In this document: positions 1 through 9,434 of the stretch, in pieces
How the letters are laid out: every line of letters begins with the position of its first letter
How positions within the stretch are numbered: position 1 is the stretch's first letter
From: Maledivibacter halophilus
GTDB taxonomy: Bacteria > Bacillota > Clostridia > Peptostreptococcales > Caminicellaceae
Reading direction: 5' to 3'
DNA length: 32,000 bases
NCBI RefSeq assembly: GCF_900167445.1
Contig: NZ_FUZT01000009.1
Span: 169,058-201,057 of the forward strand
Made by a program: the position numbers and the translations under genes
The notes under the pieces: model-generated
Databases searched by the model: none
What the model was told of the DNA's origin: nothing
What the model saw: the letters and a program-made list of their open reading frames with translations, nothing else

Positions 1-1441
1 GAAATATGGAAGCAAGGCTGTAGTGTCATGTATAGGTCAGGGAGGAGAAAATCTTGTAAAGTATGCATCAATTATGAATGATGGACCAGAAGCTAGATGT
101 ATAGGGAGATCAGGAATGGGAGCAGTTATGGGTTCAAAAAATCTAAAGGCTTTGGTTGTATATGGCAGTAAAAAATCCAATATTCTATATGAAGAAGAAC
201 TGATTGAAGATATAAAAAATATTTCAAAGAAGTTAGGTAAGGACTTGAAGGAGCATCCCTTTAGGAAGTATGGAACTCCCTTTGCATATGCAGGTTCTTT
301 AGCTACCGGAGATTTACCTATTAAAAATTGGCAGCTTGGAGCTTATGAAGGGATGAATGAATTATCAGCATCTGCTATAGAAAGGAAAATGGAGATAAAA
401 CCATATTTTTGCAGCCAGTGTATCCTTGGCTGTGGTATTACTGTACATGTTAAAGAAGGGAAATATGCCAGCATAAAAACTGGTGGACCAGAATATGAAA
501 CCCTTGGAATGCTGGGAGCTAATTTATTAATTACAGATCCACAAGCTGTTCAATATGGGAATGAATTATGTAATAGATATGGCATAGATACCATTTCCTG
601 TGGAAGCACAATAGCTTGGGCCATAGAAGCCTTTGAGTATGGATATATTACGAAAAATGAAACCCAGGGACTTGAACTCAGATGGGGAGATTCTGATATG
701 ATGATAGAGCTTATTGAAAGAATTGTTTTTAGAAGGGACATTGGTGATATTCTTGCAGAAGGAAGCTATAGAGCATCCCAGGCTATTGGTAATAATAGTG
801 AAGCCTTTGCTGTACATGTGAGAGGTCTAGATTTGCCTGCCCATGATCCAAGGGCCCATGTCTCAAGTGCCGTTGCATATGTTACCACTCCAAGGGGAGC
901 ATGTCATCAGGCAGGAGCCCATAGTTCAAATAGCAAACCTAATGCTATTGAGACAGTTCGGTGGAGTAAAGAGATGGTACCAGGAAAACCAGAAAATGTA
1001 GGTTCATGGGTGGCAGAATTGCAAAATGCCATGAATATGGCAGATTCTTTGGGAGCATGTAAATTTTCTGGTCTTGTATTAGGAGGAAGTCCTATCTCAA
1101 AACATGCTGAGTGGATCAATTTGATTACCGGGTGGAATATGACTCCTACGGACATAGCTGAAGTGGGTGAAAGAATTCATAATTTAAAATGGCTTTATAA
1201 CTATAGATGTGGTACTACTCGTAAGGATTTGGCAATGCCTACAAGAATATCGACCCGTAAACGGGGGGAAGGAGTAAATGGAAATGAACTTCCAGCAATT
1301 GATATTATGTTAAGTGATTATTTTTATCAGCGTGGCTGGAGTGAATTTGGAATTCCGCTTCCCGAGACCTTGGAAAAATTGAAAATTATTGAATACATGC
1401 CTGAAAATTATACTGCTGGACCTAAGCTTTCAAAGGGTTAA
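1..1441 (+). CDS. Aldehyde:ferredoxin oxidoreductase family protein (tungsten pterin enzyme), 5' end outside window
   Basis: Open frame continues to window edge (KYGSKAVVSCIGQGGENLVKYASIMND...), GRSGMGAVMGSKNLKA motif, Cys motif CSQCILGCG, PGGPEYETLGMLGANL-like segment; stop at 1439-1441. Confidence 0.93.
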   Translation, partial: KYGSKAVVSCIGQGGENLVKYASIMNDGPEARCIGRSGMGAVMGSKNLKALVVYGSKKSNILYEEELIEDIKNISKKLGKDLKEHPFRKYGTPFAYAGSLATGDLPIKNWQLGAYEGMNELSASAIERKMEIKPYFCSQCILGCGITVHVKEGKYASIKTGGPEYETLGMLGANLLITDPQAVQYGNELCNRYGIDTISCGSTIAWAIEAFEYGYITKNETQGLELRWGDSDMMIELIERIVFRRDIGDILAEGSYRASQAIGNNSEAFAVHVRGLDLPAHDPRAHVSSAVAYVTTPRGACHQAGAHSSNSKPNAIETVRWSKEMVPGKPENVGSWVAELQNAMNMADSLGACKFSGLVLGGSPISKHAEWINLITGWNMTPTDIAEVGERIHNLKWLYNYRCGTTRKDLAMPTRISTRKRGEGVNGNELPAIDIMLSDYFYQRGWSEFGIPLPETLEKLKIIEYMPENYTAGPKLSKG

Positions 1442-1478
1442 TTTATTATAGAACTATTAATCGGAGGTTAAAATTATT

Positions 1479-1697
1479 GTGCTAAAAGTAAATGGAGACG
1501 ATATTTGGATTGAAAAAAGTATGACTATATCGGAAATTATATCTAAACTTAGAGAAGAATCCTATAATGATATACTTCTTAATCAACCCTTTATAATATT
1601 AGTCAACAAAAAATATATTCCTGAAGATAAATACAATAAATACAAACTAGACTTTGGAGACGAAGTTACAATAATTCCTTATATTGCAGGAGGATAA
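1479..1697 (+). CDS. MoaD/ThiS-like sulfur-carrier small protein
   Basis: 72 aa beta-grasp-like sequence ending in ...VTIIPYIAGG (C-terminal GG); directly downstream of AOR gene. Confidence 0.8.
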   Translation: MLKVNGDDIWIEKSMTISEIISKLREESYNDILLNQPFIILVNKKYIPEDKYNKYKLDFGDEVTIIPYIAGG

Positions 1698-1829
1698 AAG
1701 ACTGTTCCATTAAATAAAGTGAGGTAATAGTGAACTTTAAACTATAATTATTATGAAACTCAACCAATTTAGAATTATGCAATTTCTTGATTTATATAAA
1801 TTATTAAATAATAAGAGGAGGAAACAACC

Positions 1830-2726
1830 ATGAAAAAAATAGGCGTTTTAGGTGCAGGGGCAATGGGCAGAGGCATGATTAAAAATTTAATAGAATCAGG
1901 ATACGAGGTTTATGTATACGATCCATCTTCCAAGGCCCAGGAGATATCCAAAAATATGGGAGCTGATGTACTTAATTCTCCAAGGGAAGTTGGAGCAGTA
2001 GTTGAAATTTTATTAGCTAGTTTACCAACAAGTCAGGCTGTAAAGGATTCTATATGTGGAGAAAATGGTGCTCTGCAATCATTAAAAGAGCAATCAATTA
2101 TATGTGATATGAGTACTACAGCCGTTTCTACTGAAAAGGAATTGTATGCACTATGTAAGGAAAAGGAAATTGGTTACTTAGATTGTCCAGTTAGTGGTGG
2201 ACCAATGGGAGCAGAAAATGCTACTATGTCTATTATGGTTGGAGGAGATAAGGAGATTTTTGATAAGTCAAAGGAAGTTTTTAATATTATTGGAGGCAAT
2301 ATTTTCTATTTAGGTAAATCTGGTTCAGGTCAGACTATAAAAATATGCCATAATATGGTGTTAGCCGTAACAACCATATCCCTTGTGGAATCCTTTATAA
2401 CTGCTGTTAAAGCGGGGGTTAACCCTAAAACCCTTGCCGATGTATTTAAGGTGAGCGTAGCTAAAAGTGGTACTTTAGATGTATTTGGCGATAATTTGGT
2501 AAATGGTACCTATGAAAAAACTATATTTGCCCTGAGCCATATGCATAAGGATGCAAATCTTTATATGGGATTGGCTGATGAATTAAAAACACCGTCTCCA
2601 GTTAGTAGTGTTGTATATCAATTATTTAATGCTGCTATAAATAAGGGACTGGGTTCTAAAGATCAAACTGCGGTTGCAGAAGTTTTAGAAGAAATGTCAG
2701 ATTTCAGAATAGCTTTTAATCAATAG
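1830..2726 (+). CDS. NAD(P)-dependent beta-hydroxyacid dehydrogenase (3-hydroxyisobutyrate dehydrogenase / tartronate semialdehyde reductase family)
   Basis: N-terminal Rossmann GVLGAGAMGRGMIKNL, DCPVSGGPMGAENATMSIMVGG, GSGQTIKICHNM motifs; RBS GGAGG upstream. Confidence 0.92.
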   Translation: MKKIGVLGAGAMGRGMIKNLIESGYEVYVYDPSSKAQEISKNMGADVLNSPREVGAVVEILLASLPTSQAVKDSICGENGALQSLKEQSIICDMSTTAVSTEKELYALCKEKEIGYLDCPVSGGPMGAENATMSIMVGGDKEIFDKSKEVFNIIGGNIFYLGKSGSGQTIKICHNMVLAVTTISLVESFITAVKAGVNPKTLADVFKVSVAKSGTLDVFGDNLVNGTYEKTIFALSHMHKDANLYMGLADELKTPSPVSSVVYQLFNAAINKGLGSKDQTAVAEVLEEMSDFRIAFNQ

Positions 2727-2873
2727 TCTACAGTTTATTATGAATTTATAAGTAAGATTGTAAAAAAATAATTCTTTAATTTGAGGATCAATAAAGCGGA
2801 TTTTTCTATGGGAAATCCGCTTTATTATAACAAGCTTATATATAGACGGATGCTAAAAAGGAGAGGATATGCG

Positions 2874-4061
2874 ATGAATTTGCCATTAGAAAATATTAAG
2901 GTTTTAGACTTAACTAGGGTATTGGCAGGCCCATATTGTACAATGATTTTAGCTGATTTGGGAGCCGAAGTCATTAAAGTTGAAAGGCCCTATACTGGAG
3001 ATGATTCAAGGGCATTTGGTCCATATGTGGAAAATGAGAGCATGTATTTTATTAGTATAAATAGAAATAAAAAAAGTATTACAGTTAATTTAAAAAGTGA
3101 TAAAGGAAAGGATATTATTAAGGAATTAGTTAAGAAGGTTGATATAGTAGTTGAAAACTTTAAGCCCGGAACGATGGAAAGATTAGGGCTGGGATATGAT
3201 ACATTAAAATCAGTAAACGAAAAAATTATTTATGCCGGATTATCAGGATTTGGCCATTATGGACCTTATAGCAGCAGACCAGCCTATGATGGAGTAGTTC
3301 AGGCCATGGGTGGGATAATGAGTATTACAGGTCAAGAAGGAGGAGAACCAACGAGGGTTGGCTCTTCAATAGGAGATATATTTGCTGGGATTTTTGGTGC
3401 TATAGGGATATTATCAGCAATTAATAAGAGAAAAGTTGACAGGCTAGGAATGAAAGTAGATGTATCTATGCTGGACTGCCAGGTTGCAGTACTTGAAAAT
3501 GCTATTTCTAGATACTTTGCAACGGGAAAATCTCCAGTACCTATGGGTAATAAACATTCTTCCGTTGTTCCCTTCGAACCTTTTAGTACAAAAGACGGAA
3601 AAATAATGATAGCAGTAGGAAACGATAATTTATGGTTGAAGTTTTGCACATCAATAAACAGGGAGGATTTAAAAAAGGATGGAAGGTTTAAAACAAATCT
3701 TTTAAGATATAATAATTATGATTATCTAAGGCCAATAATCCAAAAGGAATTAATTAAAAAGACTACGAAGGAATGGGAAAAAATCCTGATAAATGAAGGA
3801 ATTCCTAGTGCACCTATTAATAATATAGAGATGTTGGTCAATAATGAACAGGTAATTGCGAGAAAAATGATTCAGCAGATAAAGCATCCTAAAGCCGGTA
3901 GGGTAAGTATTCCTGGAGTTCCTATTAAGATAAGTGGGTGCTCTGATGACATAAGGTTTTCTGCTCCAGTGCTTGGGCAGCATACAGAGGAAATTTTAAA
4001 GGAATATTTAAGTATATCTAGTGACAATCTTGAGATAATGAGAAAGGAAGAAGTTATATAA
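2874..4061 (+). CDS. CaiB/BaiF (family III) CoA-transferase
   Basis: MNLPLENIKVLDLTRVLAGPYCTMILADLGAEVIKVERP and GFGHYGPYSSRPAYDGVVQAMGG motifs. ORF track starts at 2781, but ATG 2874 after AAAGGAGAGG fits the family N-terminus. Confidence 0.93.
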   Translation: MNLPLENIKVLDLTRVLAGPYCTMILADLGAEVIKVERPYTGDDSRAFGPYVENESMYFISINRNKKSITVNLKSDKGKDIIKELVKKVDIVVENFKPGTMERLGLGYDTLKSVNEKIIYAGLSGFGHYGPYSSRPAYDGVVQAMGGIMSITGQEGGEPTRVGSSIGDIFAGIFGAIGILSAINKRKVDRLGMKVDVSMLDCQVAVLENAISRYFATGKSPVPMGNKHSSVVPFEPFSTKDGKIMIAVGNDNLWLKFCTSINREDLKKDGRFKTNLLRYNNYDYLRPIIQKELIKKTTKEWEKILINEGIPSAPINNIEMLVNNEQVIARKMIQQIKHPKAGRVSIPGVPIKISGCSDDIRFSAPVLGQHTEEILKEYLSISSDNLEIMRKEEVI

Positions 4062-4077
4062 AGAAGCTATTCTAACC

Positions 4078-4131
4078 TGTTGTGCTAGTAAATGAAATAT
4101 TAAAAACTCCGGTATAGGAACTAGCACAACA
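4078..4131. repeat. Palindromic repeat unit with 12-bp arms (TGTTGTGCTAGT...ACTAGCACAACA)
   Basis: Perfect 12-bp inverted arms around AAATGAAATATTAAAAACTCC; related sequence at 11711-11881. Confidence 0.8.
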
Positions 4132-4179
4132 AGTTATTTTAAGGAGTAGGGTAATTTTATGCTGCTGTTTGTATTTCAA

Positions 4180-4902
4180 TTAAACAATTTTTCCAATTAA
4201 ATTTATAGGAACTGAAAAGTCCTTATTTAGTTTACCCTCACTAATAGCTATTAGTGTTGTACATGGTCCAGCAGATTTATAAATATCTATCTCGAAATTA
4301 TCTTCAAATTGAATTTCTATACCTTGATATTTACACAGCTTATCTAGCTCACCCTTTATTCCGGAGGAGCCAACAGGTATAATTTCTTTTATATTTTTTA
4401 ATTTCAATATCTTCTCTAATATTTTTATATCACATATAAGTCCTTGATTTTCTAAGACCTCATTTCCAATACTTGGGATACCTATAGAATAAATGGAACT
4501 ATTCTTGTAAATACTATCTATCACAATATCATCTTTATTTATAATTCCAAAACCAGTTATACCTAAAGCAGTCATTGAAGTTTTCATGTTTTTTTCTGTA
4601 CTTATTGTAATTGGAATATTAAATTCTAGTTCTGATATTTCATTTTGTACTCCTTTTAAAATTTCATCTCCAGTTGGATTAGGCTCATTGGAAATATTAG
4701 CGGTAATACCTATAGGTTTAGCACCTATAGATATAATTTCCATAAGACATACTCTGGTTGTATACTTTCCAGTAATATTGTATGGAACCTTTACAATATC
4801 ATTTTCTTTTAATCCTATGGCTCCACATGAATCACAGGCTATAACTAAGTATTGAGATTCATTGAGGCTGATAAAATTCACATCTCTATGTTTATAAATC
4901 AT
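4180..4902 (-). CDS. cblS: alpha-ribazole kinase-like (AIR synthase-related fold)
   Basis: MIYKHRDVNFISLNESQYLVIACDSCGAIGLKENDIV... with AIR-synthase-like features, immediately downstream of a CblT-like ECF S-component on the same strand. Confidence 0.75.
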   Translation of the reverse strand: MIYKHRDVNFISLNESQYLVIACDSCGAIGLKENDIVKVPYNITGKYTTRVCLMEIISIGAKPIGITANISNEPNPTGDEILKGVQNEISELEFNIPITISTEKNMKTSMTALGITGFGIINKDDIVIDSIYKNSSIYSIGIPSIGNEVLENQGLICDIKILEKILKLKNIKEIIPVGSSGIKGELDKLCKYQGIEIQFEDNFEIDIYKSAGPCTTLIAISEGKLNKDFSVPINLIGKIV

Positions 4903-4905
4903 TTT

Positions 4906-5409
4906 CTAACTCCTTTGTTTATTAAATAAAGTGTTTTTTAAGGGTATGAATACTAAAGCTGAAAGAATAACGTTTAAGGTGCTTCCTATTAATAAAAATG
5001 GAGCTATTCCAAGGAAAAAAGGCCATCCAAATTGAGGAAATATAAGTAATATGAGGGGGGATACAATTCCATTTAATAATATTCCAACAAAGGCACCTAT
5101 AAATATATTGGTTTTTTTATATACAAACCCATATAGATAAACTGAAATAAACATCATAATTGCGACTATTAAATGAACTGGTAATGAAAGGGGAAAACCA
5201 ATGCTTGCAGAAGTTAAAATATGACCTAAAAATCCAATTGTTCCACCTGTAATTCCTCCCAAAATTAGACCGGATAAATAACCGGCAGTAGAGTCAAAAG
5301 CAATTGTTCCCAAGGGGCTTGGAATCTTAATATAAGAGCCTACAAAGCTTAGAGCAATAAACATTGCCATAAGAACCAATTTTTTTGTATTACCTTTCAT
5401 CAAAGACAC
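4906..5409 (-). CDS. cblT: ECF transporter S component, alpha-ribazole transporter-like
   Basis: Small polytopic membrane protein (MSLMKGNTKKLVLMAMFIALSFVGSYIKIPSPLGTIAFDS...), 4 bp from cblS-like gene. Confidence 0.72.
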   Translation of the reverse strand: MSLMKGNTKKLVLMAMFIALSFVGSYIKIPSPLGTIAFDSTAGYLSGLILGGITGGTIGFLGHILTSASIGFPLSLPVHLIVAIMMFISVYLYGFVYKKTNIFIGAFVGILLNGIVSPLILLIFPQFGWPFFLGIAPFLLIGSTLNVILSALVFIPLKNTLFNKQRS

Positions 5410-5550
5410 CTCCTAAATATAGATTTAATAATGTAGATTTATAAATGCATTGTATATAGTATAGTATCTTTTATTTATAAATTCAATTCTATATAATATT
5501 TTATGCTATATAAATTATAAAATATTGCAATAATATAAAGATATACAAGA

Positions 5551-5580
5551 ATATAAAGTTTATATAATTTAACTTTATAT
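5551..5580. promoter_or_regulatory. Inverted repeat in the cblT / yetF divergent intergenic region
   Basis: ATATAAAGTT-TATATAATTT-AACTTTATAT, perfect 10-bp arms. Confidence 0.4.
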
Positions 5581-5644
5581 GGTGGAATAATGTATAAATT
5601 AGCCTATGAGTTTGTTTCACTATAACCAATGAAAGGATGAAAAG

Positions 5645-6340
5645 ATGGAGCTAGAATTTATAGGGAAGTTAACCCTTCAATTGATTTTAGGTTTTTTTTC
5701 ACTTTTAATTATTACAAAGATATTAGGGAAAACTCAAATAAGTCAGGTAACGCCCTTTGATTTTATTTCTTCTTTGGTATTGGGAGAGCTTTTAGGAAAT
5801 GTAGTTTATGATAAAGAAATTCATATATTTGTATTTTTATATGCAATTTTTATGTGGACATTTTTAATATATATTATAGAAGTAATAACACAAAAATTCA
5901 GACGTACTAGAAGTTTTTTTGAAGGCAATCCTTCAATTTTAATTAGAAATGGACAAATTGATTTTCATCAGTTAAAGAAAGAAATGTTAGATATAAATGA
6001 ACTTATGAGCCTTCTAAGAGGAAGAGATATTTTTTCAATTAGGGAAGTGCAATATGCCATTTTAGAACCAAATGGATCACTGAGTATATTAAAAAAATCT
6101 AAATATGATACTCCAACAAAGGAAGAATTAAATATTGTTAATAAGGAGGTATATTTGCCTGTAGCCTTTATACTGGATAAGGAAATTATATGGGAAAACC
6201 TTAATGCTTGTGGATTTGATGAAAGCTGGCTTAGAAAAGAACTTGAAGCTAGTGGTATAAAGGACATAAATGAAATTTTTTTTGCAGAATGGAAATATGA
6301 TGAGGGCTTACATATTGTTCCATTTAGGGAAAAGAAATAA
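5645..6340 (+). CDS. YetF/DUF421 family membrane protein (copy 1)
   Basis: N-terminal TM helices followed by ILGKTQISQVTPFDFISSLVLGELLGN and REVQYAILEPNGSLSILKK, characteristic of YetF/YdfR/DUF421. Confidence 0.9.
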   Translation: MELEFIGKLTLQLILGFFSLLIITKILGKTQISQVTPFDFISSLVLGELLGNVVYDKEIHIFVFLYAIFMWTFLIYIIEVITQKFRRTRSFFEGNPSILIRNGQIDFHQLKKEMLDINELMSLLRGRDIFSIREVQYAILEPNGSLSILKKSKYDTPTKEELNIVNKEVYLPVAFILDKEIIWENLNACGFDESWLRKELEASGIKDINEIFFAEWKYDEGLHIVPFREKK

Positions 6341-6359
6341 TAAAAATTTTTGGAGGATT

Positions 6360-7052
6360 ATGTTAATGAAATATTTAGATACGGTAATGGAATTAGTCAT
6401 AGGTTTTATGGCTCTTTTTATTATTACAAAGATGATTGGTAAAAGACAAATTAGTCAGATTACTCCTTTTGATTTTATTTCTGCCATAGTATTGGGTGAA
6501 CTTTTAGGCAATGCCATATATGATAAAGAAATTGGATTACTATATATTATAAGTACATTGTTATTATGGGGAGTTCTTATGGTATTAGTTGAATTAATCA
6601 CACAGAAATTTAGAAAAACAAGGGGATTTTTAGAAGGCAATCCTTCTATAGTGATTAGGCAGGGATTAATTGATCGTAAGGAGTTAAACAAAAATAAGAT
6701 AGATATTAATGAATTACTAAATATGCTAAGACAAAAAGATGTTTTTTCAGTTCGTGAAGTTGAGTATGGAATTTTAGAAGCTGATGGAAAAATGAGTGTT
6801 TTGAAAAAATCTAAATATACACAGCCTACAATCGAGGATTTAGGGCTAACTAAAAAACCTTCATATTTGCCATTTGCATTAATTATTGATGGAGAGATTG
6901 TATTGGACAATCTAAAGAATAGTGGATTTGATGAAAAATGGCTCCAGATACAATTAAATAATCAGGGGTTTGATAGGGCTAAGGACATATTCTATGCTGA
7001 ATGGAAACAAGACGAAGGAATGCATATTGTACCTATGAAAGAAAAAGCATGA
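6360..7052 (+). CDS. YetF/DUF421 family membrane protein (copy 2)
   Basis: Strongly similar to copy 1 (MIGKRQISQITPFDFISAIVLGELLGN; REVEYGILEADGKMSVLKK). ATG 6360 after TGGAGG preferred over ORF-track start 6270, which overlaps copy 1. Confidence 0.9.
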   Translation: MLMKYLDTVMELVIGFMALFIITKMIGKRQISQITPFDFISAIVLGELLGNAIYDKEIGLLYIISTLLLWGVLMVLVELITQKFRKTRGFLEGNPSIVIRQGLIDRKELNKNKIDINELLNMLRQKDVFSVREVEYGILEADGKMSVLKKSKYTQPTIEDLGLTKKPSYLPFALIIDGEIVLDNLKNSGFDEKWLQIQLNNQGFDRAKDIFYAEWKQDEGMHIVPMKEKA

Positions 7053-7409
7053 TGAGTTTACAAAAATTCACATATATAAAACCACTATTTTGTATAGACA
7101 GTATTAATGTTTAGCAAATATTATAGTAAAAGCTTAAATACCTCTTTGCTACCTGTTGAAATACTTGTTTTAGATCTTTCAAAGTAGATTTAATTCAATA
7201 ATATTCCATTGATTTGACATAATTTATTGGTTATTTGTCAATAATACTAAACTGATGGTGGATTTAAAGCAGAAAATTTTAAAAAATTTTTTGCTTTCAT
7301 CTTTAGGATATCCTAGAAGAGTTGTTTGTTCAAATAATTAAAATGTAGATTTATTAAACTTTAAAGTTGTTTATGTTTGGAGAATTTTATATGGAAGGGA
7401 GAAAAAAAT

Positions 7410-8396
7410 ATGAAAGAATGTTATTTAGGAGTGGATGTGGGGTCTGTTAGTACTAATATTGTTGTAATGGATTCAAATAAAAGTGTAGTAGACACTTTAT
7501 ATATAAGAACGAAGGGTAAGCCTATAGAAGCTTTGAAAATGGCACTTAGACAAATGAAAGATAGACTAGAAGATGATGTGACTATATCAGGACTAGGAAC
7601 AACAGGGAGTGGAAGACATCTAGCAGCCACCATGCTGGGAGCCGATATTGTTAAGAACGAAATAACGGCCCATGGTGTGGCGGCTCTAAATATTGTACCC
7701 GATGTTAAGACTATTATTGAAATAGGTGGACAGGATTCAAAAATTATTTTACTTAGAGATGGGATCATATATGATTTTGCTATGAATACAGTTTGCGCAG
7801 CTGGAACTGGGTCTTTTTTAGATAGACAGGCTGAAAGACTGGGAATTCCAATACGGGAATTTGGAAGCCTTGCATTAAAATCAAAGTCTCCCGTAAGGAT
7901 AGCAGGTAGATGTGCAGTTTTTGCAGAATCAGACATGATACATAAACAGCAGCTTGGACATAATCAAGAAGATATTATAAATGGGTTATGTGAAGCAATG
8001 GCAAGGAACTATCTCAATAATCTTGGTAAAGGAAAAGATATAAAGCCTCCAGTTGTTTTCCAAGGGGGAGTTGCAGCTAATATAGGAATAAAAAGAGCAT
8101 TTGAAAAATTATTGGGATGTGAAATAATTGTCCCCAAGTTTGCAGGAGTAATGGGGTCAATCGGAGCATGTCTTTTAGCTAAGGACGAGGTAGAAAAAAC
8201 CGGTAAAACTAAATTTTTAGGGTTGGATATTGCAGATAGTACATTCAATGTAAAAAGCTTTGAATGTGATAACTGTCCTAATATGTGTGAAGTAGTTGAG
8301 TTTTATAGAGATGAAAAATTAGTTGCAAGATGGGGAGATAAATGCGGCCGATGGAGTAATGCCCAGTTGAGTCGTGGAGATGAAAAGCTGGCGTAG
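7410..8396 (+). CDS. Acyl-CoA dehydratase activase (BadF/BadG/BcrA/BcrD ATPase family)
   Basis: LGVDVGSVSTNIVVMD, GTTGSGR, EIGGQDSKIILLRDG, NTVCAAGTGSFLDRQAERLGI, GGVAANIG motifs; start ATG 7410 after AAGGGAGAAAA. Confidence 0.93.
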   Translation: MKECYLGVDVGSVSTNIVVMDSNKSVVDTLYIRTKGKPIEALKMALRQMKDRLEDDVTISGLGTTGSGRHLAATMLGADIVKNEITAHGVAALNIVPDVKTIIEIGGQDSKIILLRDGIIYDFAMNTVCAAGTGSFLDRQAERLGIPIREFGSLALKSKSPVRIAGRCAVFAESDMIHKQQLGHNQEDIINGLCEAMARNYLNNLGKGKDIKPPVVFQGGVAANIGIKRAFEKLLGCEIIVPKFAGVMGSIGACLLAKDEVEKTGKTKFLGLDIADSTFNVKSFECDNCPNMCEVVEFYRDEKLVARWGDKCGRWSNAQLSRGDEKLA

Positions 8397-8426
8397 AGGT
8401 CAGAAGTTAAATTACGGAGGTGGGAT

Positions 8427-9434
8427 ATGTTTGTAAAAGTTGGTATTCCAAGGGCACTTCTTTATTATGAATATTGTAAATTATGGATATCTTTTTTTGA
8501 AAATCTAGGTACCAAGGTTATAATATCAGAAAAAACAAATAAGGAAATTCTTGATAGAGGGGTAAAAAATACTGTTGATGAGGCATGTTTACCAGTTAAG
8601 ATTTACCACGGGCATGTTTTGAATTTAAAGGACAAAGTTGATTTTATTTTTACGCCGAGAATAGTAAGTGTTAATAAATATGAATATATTTGTCCTAAAT
8701 TTTGTGGACTACCTGAAATGATAAAATATTCCGTTAAGGGGCTGCCTCAGTTTATTGATACTACAATAGATTATAGAAAGTCAAGAAAAAATTTTAATAA
8801 GACAATTATGGAGATAGGAAATTATATTACCAAGGATAAAAATAGGATCAAATTTGCCTTTGAAAATGCCCTCAAAAAGCATAATGAATATAAGTCTCTC
8901 ATAAAAAAAGGTTTATTACCTATTGATATATTAAAAGGAGAGAACTATGAAGAAAATATTAATGAGGGTAAAGAAAAAGTTGTACTTTTAGGACATCCAT
9001 ATAATATATATGATTCCTATTCAAGTATGAATATTGTCGAAAAGCTCAGGAAGTACAATCTTTCAGTTGTAACTTGTGATACTTTAGATGAAGATGTTAT
9101 TAATCACAAAGCAAAAGAGTTAAATAAGAAGATGTTTTGGAGTTTTGGAAGAAAGATTCTTGGAACTGCTTTGTATTCAATTGATGATGAAGAAGTTTGC
9201 GGAATTATTTACCTTTCGTCCTTTGGATGTGGGTTGGATTCTGTTATAGCTGATGTTGCTGAAAGAAGAATAAGAAGAAACTCGAAAAAACCCTTTACCA
9301 TGCTAACCATAGATGAACATACTGGAGAAGCAGGGTTAGATACAAGAATAGAAGCTTTTGTAGATATGATTAAATGGAGGAAAAAAAATGAAAATAACTT
9401 TTCCCCACATAGGGAATACATATATCCCCATTAA
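8427..9434 (+). CDS. Acyl-CoA dehydratase activase-related protein (DUF2229 / CoA protein activase type)
   Basis: VGIPRALLYYEYCKLWISFFENLGTKVIIS... and TIDEHTGEAGLDTRIEAFVDM motif. Confidence 0.82.
   Translation: MFVKVGIPRALLYYEYCKLWISFFENLGTKVIISEKTNKEILDRGVKNTVDEACLPVKIYHGHVLNLKDKVDFIFTPRIVSVNKYEYICPKFCGLPEMIKYSVKGLPQFIDTTIDYRKSRKNFNKTIMEIGNYITKDKNRIKFAFENALKKHNEYKSLIKKGLLPIDILKGENYEENINEGKEKVVLLGHPYNIYDSYSSMNIVEKLRKYNLSVVTCDTLDEDVINHKAKELNKKMFWSFGRKILGTALYSIDDEEVCGIIYLSSFGCGLDSVIADVAERRIRRNSKKPFTMLTIDEHTGEAGLDTRIEAFVDMIKWRKKNENNFSPHREYIYPH

Noticed and set aside
550-1155. Minus-strand ORFs 550-741, 566-817, 907-1155
   Set aside because: Antisense to the well-supported AOR gene, atypical composition; shadow ORFs.
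3332-3983. Minus-strand ORFs inside the CoA-transferase gene
   Set aside because: Shadow ORFs of a strongly supported CDS.
5410-5644. Cobalamin riboswitch upstream of cblT
   Set aside because: No B12-box-like or conserved core sequence seen; the region is simply AT-rich with one inverted repeat.
7421-8248. Minus-strand ORFs (up to 171 aa) inside the activase gene
   Set aside because: Antisense to conserved ATPase motifs; no RBS or recognisable domain.
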